In this document: positions 57,849 through 64,000 of the stretch, one piece after another
Layout: every line of letters starts with the position of its first letter
Numbering within the stretch: position 1 is the stretch's first letter
Assembly: GCA_038245295.1 (NCBI GenBank)
Contig: JBBRSP010000015.1
Coordinates: 55,603-119,602, forward strand
Reading direction: 5' to 3'
From: Candidatus Binatia bacterium
Lineage (GTDB): Bacteria; Desulfobacterota; Binatia; HRBIN30
Length of the DNA stretch: 64,000 bases
The notes under the pieces: model-generated
What the model was told of the DNA's origin: nothing
The model's database searches: none
Seen by the model: only the letters and a program-made list of their open reading frames with translations
Program-made: the position numbers and the translations under genes

Positions 57849-60800
57849 ATGAGCGCGCCATCAACCAGCCGCAGTCCGATCGCACTGCGTGTCGTGGTCT
57901 TCCTGCTCGTCACCACCGTAATCTTCATCCTGTTGGGAGGGTATGGCGCGCGGCAAGCCGAACAAGGCGTGCGAGTCCTTGGCGAGCTCGAACCCATCAT
58001 CGAGCTCAATCGCGTCTCGGGGGCGACCCTCATCAACGGGTTGATGGCCTATGGTTCGGCGCTGGCCGCCGCCTGCAGCATGCTCGCCTTGTTCCTTGTG
58101 GCACTCGCCTTCGTCACGCAAGGTCGGCGGGCCTGGCCGCTGCTCCTCCTCGGCGCGAGCGTAGCTCTCCTGGTGTGGGCGCAAGTCTGGTTCTGGGTCG
58201 ATCAGCCCATCTATCCCTACGTCGCCTATCCCGGCGCCATGCTACTCGCGGTTGCGCTGGGAGCCTACTGGCCGGTGCAGTGGGAGGCGGACGCCGACGA
58301 CGCGGCTCCCCTGCCTTGGTGGGAGGTCGGCCTACTGATTGGCCTGTGCACGGTCGCCATGCTCACGCGCCTCTACGCTCTTACCGAGTTGCCGAGCTTC
58401 TTCGTCGGTGAAATGGCCGTCGAGATGCTGGGCAGCCGCACGTGGGTTGGCATCGGGCGCTACATTCAGGAAGGCCTCGTCGGCAGCAGCATCGGGATCA
58501 TGCACCTGGTGCCGCAGATGGTGTTCTACAAGTGGCTGGGAACCTCCATCTATTCGCTGCGCCTGTCGGCCGTGGCCATGGGAGTCCTCTGTATACCGCT
58601 GCTCTATTGGCTACTCCGGCGCTTGAGCACACGCCGCGCCGCGCTGATCGGCGCCGTCCTGATGCTGACGGGACCGGAGCAGCTGTGGTTCTCACGCGAC
58701 GAGAATACGAACTTTCAAGCGATCACCATCCTATCGCTGATCTCGGCCCACCTGGCCGTGACGATGGTGCGCCGCTTTTCATGGCGCAGCGTCCTTGCCA
58801 ATGCCCTATGGATGCCGTTCACCCGTCTGTTCTACCTCGCTGGCGTCACCCTGATGGTCTATCCGGCCATCCTCGCTGCGCATGCCCTGCTCTTCGCCCG
58901 CGGCACCTGGCGCAAGCTTTGGTACATCGTGCCGCTGTTCGTCGCAGCCGTGTTCCTTTGGTTCTACAGCCTGACGCTGGTCAATTACGCCGTCACCTTC
59001 GGTGAGTGGCGTTTTCTCAATCCGGCTTTCCATGGTGAAGCAATCATGAACCGCGATCCGGCGTTGAAGGTGTCGCCGCTGGTCGTCGCGCGCGAGGGAT
59101 TGGAATCTTTGGCTGCCAACCTCGGCGTGGTCCTGAACGGAGCGGTGCATCACGGCGGCTTTTCGCACTGGTACCAACGCTTCGACGACACACGCAGCAT
59201 TACTGTCTACAACTGCGCCGTCGTCGGCTTGTTGGCGCTGGCAATCGGTTACCTGCTCGGACAGTTCTACAATCGATTTGCGTTTGCTCTCCTGGCGTGG
59301 CTGGGATTGGGCTTGCTGCCGGCGATTCTGTCGACTTCGCCGGTCGAGCGCCGCATGTCCGTGATATTTGCCGCGGCCAACGCAATCAGTGCCATCGGGC
59401 TCGATGCTTTCTTGCGTCTCGGGCGCGAACGCGGCGGTCGTTTCGCGTCCATGCTTCTAAACGGCATTGCCCTGCTACTGGTCGCCGGTCTTGGGTGGAC
59501 GAATCTGGCCTCGCACTTCCGTCTGCGCACAACCACTCTCGGGTACGACACCGTACTTCGGTTCTCCAAGGCCATCTTCGAGAGCAGCGACGTTGTGTTT
59601 CACAATGTCGACGGAACCATGGCGATGATGTTCGGCTTTGGCAGCGCCGATCAGTTGGCCGAGCGCGAAACGTCGCCTTGTTATCGTTACGTAAACCCGA
59701 GCGACATCCTGCAAGCGGCGCTCGCGCCGCAATGCACGTTCCACGATGCAACCTTCATCTATCTCATCTCGGATGCGGAGATCGTGACACGCAGCGCCGC
59801 GTTTCAGCCGCCGAACCGCGTGTCCTTCCTCCTGGATGGGCATGAAGTCGTACGCGGGCCGGTCGAGCTACTCAAGGTCGTGTTTCCCGATGCCACCATC
59901 ACCGAGACCAAACCCGACAACGAGGAGCTCGACTTTGTGGCGGTTCAACTAACGCGGCCAATGATCGATGCACGCCGAACCGCGAAAATGAGCCAGCGTC
60001 CCGACACGACGCTGGCCGCAGATGCTGTGCTACGCGGCGGCCGTGTCGACGTCGGCGATCCCCTCCCCGCCGACAGCGCCGCGAGCGCTGTGGTGCAGGC
60101 CGGGGCGTTCATCACCCGCGAGGGCTGGTATCATTTCCAGGTCGACCCACCATGCGCCGAGGCCACCATTCGCATCGACGGACAGGATGTGAGCGACGCG
60201 TCGACGAGCTTACCATTGTTGCATGGGGTCCATCCGCTCGAGATTGTTCTCAACGACGCCAAGGCGTGCCGGTTGCCCTTGGGTATTTTCACCATTGCCG
60301 ACGACGATACACCAACCGGACACCGCGAGGCACTCTTGCTGACAGCGCCAGACCTCGCGGCGTTGCCCGCCACTCGCGCCAAAGGATCGAAGGCGATTGA
60401 TTCGTATGGCCCGATTCTCATCGGCGACGGGATCAAGCGCGTCGTCGACGTGGCGCGGGCACCGGACGGAAAACTGTTGGTACTGGGTTACGAGGGAGAG
60501 GGCTCTTGGATCTATCAACTGTCACCGGACCTGACGGTTGAGCGCCGCACTCAGTTGAAGATGCCCTATGGGATGCTCGCGAATACCATCCTGCCCATCG
60601 GCGATCGCATCGTCGTCTACTCCCTACAAAAGCTGCTCATCTTCGACACGGATGGAAACCTGCAGACGACTGTGGAAGATCCGCCGGTGGTTGGTAGTCA
60701 CAACTACATATCCTTCCCGGATGGACACATCCTCAGCGCCCTCCCACACCATGCGTCCGTGGCGCTGGTCGACCTCAACGGCCGCATCATCCAGGAGTTT

Positions 60801-61214
60801 TCGACCTTTTCCGAGAACGGCCAGCGCTTCTTCGAACCGATTTCGCTGGCGCTCAGCCCCAGTGGAGATCTCGTGGTCATTCAAACTAACCACATCGCCC
60901 ACTTGTTCCACGATTTCGTCGGTACACGGAAGCTCAACTACGTGCGCTCGTTCGAGCTCGATCTGACGACGCCCGCGGTCTCCCCGCTGGGTGTCGATTT
61001 CGACGGAGACCACCGCATCCTCGTCAGTGATCCGGGCACCAACCGCGTCGTCGTCTACGACACCGAAGGCAACCGCTTGATGGCCCCAAGACGATCCCTC
61101 GATCTTGGCCAGCGCGGCATGCATGAAATCCTGCGCCTGCGAGTCCTCGGCGATCGCCTGTACTATACCGACGGCACGCGCGTCGCCGCCATACCGATCG
61201 ATCACAGCAAGTAG
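57849..61214 (+). CDS. ArnT/PMT-like GT-C membrane protein fused to C-terminal soluble domains including an NHL-like beta-propeller
   Basis: 'TRLYALTELP....GE', 'SLRLSAV..G....PLLY', 'WFSR'; C-terminal 'FFEPISLALSPSG', 'PLGVDFD...ILVSDPGTNRVVVYD'. Confidence 0.75.
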   Translation: MSAPSTSRSPIALRVVVFLLVTTVIFILLGGYGARQAEQGVRVLGELEPIIELNRVSGATLINGLMAYGSALAAACSMLALFLVALAFVTQGRRAWPLLLLGASVALLVWAQVWFWVDQPIYPYVAYPGAMLLAVALGAYWPVQWEADADDAAPLPWWEVGLLIGLCTVAMLTRLYALTELPSFFVGEMAVEMLGSRTWVGIGRYIQEGLVGSSIGIMHLVPQMVFYKWLGTSIYSLRLSAVAMGVLCIPLLYWLLRRLSTRRAALIGAVLMLTGPEQLWFSRDENTNFQAITILSLISAHLAVTMVRRFSWRSVLANALWMPFTRLFYLAGVTLMVYPAILAAHALLFARGTWRKLWYIVPLFVAAVFLWFYSLTLVNYAVTFGEWRFLNPAFHGEAIMNRDPALKVSPLVVAREGLESLAANLGVVLNGAVHHGGFSHWYQRFDDTRSITVYNCAVVGLLALAIGYLLGQFYNRFAFALLAWLGLGLLPAILSTSPVERRMSVIFAAANAISAIGLDAFLRLGRERGGRFASMLLNGIALLLVAGLGWTNLASHFRLRTTTLGYDTVLRFSKAIFESSDVVFHNVDGTMAMMFGFGSADQLAERETSPCYRYVNPSDILQAALAPQCTFHDATFIYLISDAEIVTRSAAFQPPNRVSFLLDGHEVVRGPVELLKVVFPDATITETKPDNEELDFVAVQLTRPMIDARRTAKMSQRPDTTLAADAVLRGGRVDVGDPLPADSAASAVVQAGAFITREGWYHFQVDPPCAEATIRIDGQDVSDASTSLPLLHGVHPLEIVLNDAKACRLPLGIFTIADDDTPTGHREALLLTAPDLAALPATRAKGSKAIDSYGPILIGDGIKRVVDVARAPDGKLLVLGYEGEGSWIYQLSPDLTVERRTQLKMPYGMLANTILPIGDRIVVYSLQKLLIFDTDGNLQTTVEDPPVVGSHNYISFPDGHILSALPHHASVALVDLNGRIIQEFSTFSENGQRFFEPISLALSPSGDLVVIQTNHIAHLFHDFVGTRKLNYVRSFELDLTTPAVSPLGVDFDGDHRILVSDPGTNRVVVYDTEGNRLMAPRRSLDLGQRGMHEILRLRVLGDRLYYTDGTRVAAIPIDHSK

Positions 61215-61236
61215 CGCCGCTGGCCGCACACGCCGT

Positions 61237-62106
61237 TCAGCGGCGTCGCGCTACGACATCCATCGCTCCATTATTGATGAAGAGAACCCGATTCTGCAGC
61301 CGCAACGCATGGGCGACGCGTTCGACGCGTTGGGCCGACCGCGGCGCGATACGCGACAGACGATCGACGAAGACGGGGAAGGTTACGTATTGCCCGGCGC
61401 GCCGTGTCTCCAGCACATCATAGCCGGCGCGCTGCAAGAGACTGCGTACGCTGCGCGGCGAGTAGTAGAACACATGTTGCGGGACCTTGTACGAAACCCA
61501 GCGACGGCCGGAGGCCATTGCCAGGAACGAGCGGAGGTTCGGCGTCGTCAGCAACAGACGCCCTCCCGGCTGCAGATGATGCCGGACGCGCGCCAGGAAC
61601 GGAATTGGGTCGGCAACGTGTTCGATGCCGTCGAGCATCACGGCCGCATCGAAGTGCTCATCGTGGTCGAGGGCCTCGAGCCAGCCATGGCGGATGTCGA
61701 GGCCGCGCTGGCGCGCCGTCTCGAACGCCAGGGTGTGTGGCTCCAGGCCGACGCTACGTGTGATTCCTATGTCGCGAGCGTTCTCGAGAAACACGCCGTC
61801 GCCGCACGACAACTCGAGCATGCGATGCACGGCACCATGTTCGAGAAGACGTCCCAATCGAGCGCGGCAGGTACGCGCCCACAGGTCACGATTGAGCGGC
61901 GTCGCCTCGCCTTCCAAGGCTCGCAGCTTGGCCGCGGCGGCCACACGAAACTGCTCGTCTCGCGACGGCAGCGGATGCAGACGCCCGAGGGCGCAGTTGC
62001 GGCAATGGAAAATGCGATAGCGTCCGAAACGGTAACGCGGCGACATAGGGCGCTTGCAAAATGGGCAAATGACCCGGGGTGGGTGTGGAGTGGCCATGGA
62101 TGCCAA
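61237..62106 (-). CDS. Class I SAM-dependent methyltransferase with N-terminal CxxC...CxxC
   Basis: 'CPFC...CRNC', 'MLELSCGDG', 'IEHVADP', 'LQPGGRLLLTTPN', 'PQHVFYYS'. Confidence 0.85.
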   Translation of the reverse strand: MASMATPHPPRVICPFCKRPMSPRYRFGRYRIFHCRNCALGRLHPLPSRDEQFRVAAAAKLRALEGEATPLNRDLWARTCRARLGRLLEHGAVHRMLELSCGDGVFLENARDIGITRSVGLEPHTLAFETARQRGLDIRHGWLEALDHDEHFDAAVMLDGIEHVADPIPFLARVRHHLQPGGRLLLTTPNLRSFLAMASGRRWVSYKVPQHVFYYSPRSVRSLLQRAGYDVLETRRAGQYVTFPVFVDRLSRIAPRSAQRVERVAHALRLQNRVLFINNGAMDVVARRR

Positions 62107-62163
62107 CCGTCTATACCGGCCCGGCTGGTGTTTTGTCCACGCAGGCGGTAGGAACCGCGCCGC

Positions 62164-62985
62164 ATGGGCGGCCGCGAAATATCCAGGGCCGAAGGCTTAT
62201 CGGTAGTGGTACCGGCCTACAACGCGGCAAGCGAAGTCGTCACCACCATCGAGTCGTTGCAGGCAGAGCTCTCGCCCCTGGTCGGGAATCTCGAGTTCAT
62301 TGTCGTCGACGATGGCAGCACCGACACGACGCCGGAGGCCGTGATGAGCCTCAGGCGGCGAAATCCAGCGGTTCGTCTGCTGCGCAATCGACACAACCTC
62401 GGCAAAGGGGCGAGCATCTATGTCGGAACCCTGGCGGCGCGCACTCCGCTCGTCTGTTTCACCGATGCCGATCTGCCGTTCGCTCCCGGCTCCTACGCGC
62501 GCGTCGCGGCGCGGCTGCTGGAAGGCGCTCCATTTGTGGTGGCGTCGCGGCGGCTGGCGGACTCGGAGATCCACGTGCGCGTTGGCGTACTCGCCTATGC
62601 CGCCCGACGACATTTGATTGGCGTCGTCTTCAACTCGCTGATCCGCGCCGCCCTACGCGTGCCGATCTATGACACCCAATGCGGCCTGAAGGGATTCAAC
62701 CGCGAAACCGGGCTGGCTTTGCTGCAACGCCTGCGCACCGTCCGTTTCCTGTTCGACATAGAACTCTTCGTCGCCGCGCGCGCCCTTGGCATCGAGGTCG
62801 CGCAGGTGCCGGTCTCCGTGCGTTATCACGAACGCAACACGACCCTGAAGCTCGCCAACGACTCAGCCAGCATGTTCGGCGGCCTGGCACGCATCGCCTG
62901 GCGCGACTGGCATGGCGAATACCGGCTTGCCAATCCATCACTCGACGTGTGGACCGTCCAAAGCTGGGCGACTGAAGTCGCCTAG
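62164..62985 (+). CDS. GT2 polyprenyl/dolichyl-phosphate sugar synthase-like (Alg5/DPM type)
   Basis: 'VVVPAYN', 'VVDDGSTD', 'NLGKG', 'FTDAD', 'DTQCGLKGF', 'FDIEL'. Confidence 0.88.
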   Translation: MGGREISRAEGLSVVVPAYNAASEVVTTIESLQAELSPLVGNLEFIVVDDGSTDTTPEAVMSLRRRNPAVRLLRNRHNLGKGASIYVGTLAARTPLVCFTDADLPFAPGSYARVAARLLEGAPFVVASRRLADSEIHVRVGVLAYAARRHLIGVVFNSLIRAALRVPIYDTQCGLKGFNRETGLALLQRLRTVRFLFDIELFVAARALGIEVAQVPVSVRYHERNTTLKLANDSASMFGGLARIAWRDWHGEYRLANPSLDVWTVQSWATEVA

Positions 62986-63237
62986 TTCCCACAACGCAGG
63001 CGCTTGGCCTTCTCGTGCGTGGCCTCCTTGACCTTGCCGAGCTCCGGGGCAATCTGCGCAAGCCCGAGCACACCGACCGGGTTGATCGTCCTCGTGTTTC
63101 GGCGCCTTCGGGGGGAACGGCGAAGCAACGTCCAGGGCGTAGGTGCAGCCGGCGACAGCTTCCGGCCAGCCGGCGTCGGACATGAGATCGGCGCAGGCAA
63201 ACGACAACGCCCGTCCTGGCTCAGCACCGCCCTCCTT
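62986..63237 (-). pseudogene. Multiply deleted relic of an NAD-dependent aldehyde reductase/extended SDR
   Basis: Juxtaposed fragments 'KEGGAEPGRALSFACADLMSDAGWPEAVAGCTYALDVASPFP', 'TINPVGVLG', 'QIAPELGKVKEATHEKAKRL'. Confidence 0.72.
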
Positions 63238-64000
63238 TTATAGATCCTTCCCCGGCTTGTAACGCGCCGGTACGGCCGGCCGCTGTTGCTGTGCACCGAC
63301 AGCAGCTTCGAGCTCGACGAGACGCGCCGTCAGCGCCTCGATCTGCCGCGTCTGCGTGTTTGCTTGCTGCACCTGAGCGACGAGCGCCTCGATCCGCTGC
63401 GTTTGCGTGCTTGCTTGCTGCACCTGAGCGGCGAGGGCCTCGATCTGTTTCTCCTGGGCGCTGTTCTGGCGCGCCTGCTTCTGCAATTCGTTGACGAGCA
63501 GGGTATTGAGCAAGTCGTAACGGACGCCTTGAATCACACCTTGCTTGTCGCGGATGACGACGTCAGGGAGTACCGTGGCTACTTCCTCGGCGATCAAGCC
63601 GTACTGTCGCATTCCGGAAGGGTCGATATCGGACTTGTACCGGAAGGTGACCGGACGCAGGCGCAGCAGCCCGCTGCTCGTCTCGCCCATGTCGTGGATG
63701 TCGCGCTTGAAGCGCCGCGAGGAAGGAATCGTGGTGCCGAGCACGCCACTGAGGTTGACGTAGACCGGTGTGCCGAGCTGCACCGGGCTGCCATTGATTC
63801 CAGCAAAGCGCGCACCCGTATGAGTGGCGGTATTGCCGATGCGGATGATGTTGCTCTCCGCTGCGTTGACGCCGGGGTTGCCGATGAAGATGTTGTTGGA
63901 ACCCGAGGTCAGCGCCAGTCCGGCATCCTTGCCGACAAAGATGTTGCCGCTCCCGGTCGTCAGGCCCCCACCCGCGACGCCCCCTGTGGCGGTGTTATCA
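63238..64000 (-). CDS. Partial (5' end outside window) trimeric fibre/adhesin with peptidase S74 intramolecular chaperone domain
   Basis: Frame open to the window edge; 'NTATG..AG..LTTGSGNIFVG' repeats, 'SSRRFKRDI', 'LRPVTFRY', 'YGLIAEEV', 'VRYD', coiled coil. Confidence 0.85.
   Translation of the reverse strand, partial: DNTATGGVAGGGLTTGSGNIFVGKDAGLALTSGSNNIFIGNPGVNAAESNIIRIGNTATHTGARFAGINGSPVQLGTPVYVNLSGVLGTTIPSSRRFKRDIHDMGETSSGLLRLRPVTFRYKSDIDPSGMRQYGLIAEEVATVLPDVVIRDKQGVIQGVRYDLLNTLLVNELQKQARQNSAQEKQIEALAAQVQQASTQTQRIEALVAQVQQANTQTRQIEALTARLVELEAAVGAQQQRPAVPARYKPGKDL
63332..63447. repeat. 51-bp (17 aa) in-frame tandem duplication, about 2.3 copies
   Basis: 'IEALAAQVQQASTQTQR / IEALVAQVQQANTQTRQ / IEAL'. 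Confidence 0.85.

Overview
GC-rich bacterial window with deltaproteobacterial-type gene content. The Cys-flanked dockerin-like modules resemble those I associate with Candidatus Binatia; this is inference, not tested. 1-26.7 kb is mostly housekeeping: a type II secretion operon gspC-D-E-F-G-H-I-J-K-L-M-N (minus strand), divergent from an iscA/erpA-sirC-ccsA-hemA-hemC-cobA/hemD-hemB cluster, then an ECF sigma/ZAS anti-sigma/DUF3106 triad, an orphan histidine kinase, dxr and a D,D-carboxypeptidase. 26.8-64 kb is a patchwork of accessory genes: a frameshifted sensor pseudogene; a coupled hybrid kinase/flavin oxidoreductase/DHDPS-like unit; a CGTC REP doublet and tRNA-Met; an SPFH pair; a Phd-VapC TA module flanked by structured non-coding DNA; a haloalkane dehalogenase/GST region with a perfect operator-like palindrome; mbnP-mbnH; a GT-C/GT2/methyltransferase locus with an 8-bp tandem repeat; a multiply deleted reductase relic; and a partial S74-chaperone fibre gene. 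The best candidate for an undescribed system: three secreted proteins, including both MbnP and MbnH, carry the same Cys-bracketed dockerin-like module, suggesting a surface-docked copper-binding/di-heme complex. All product calls come from motif recognition by eye; no searches were run.
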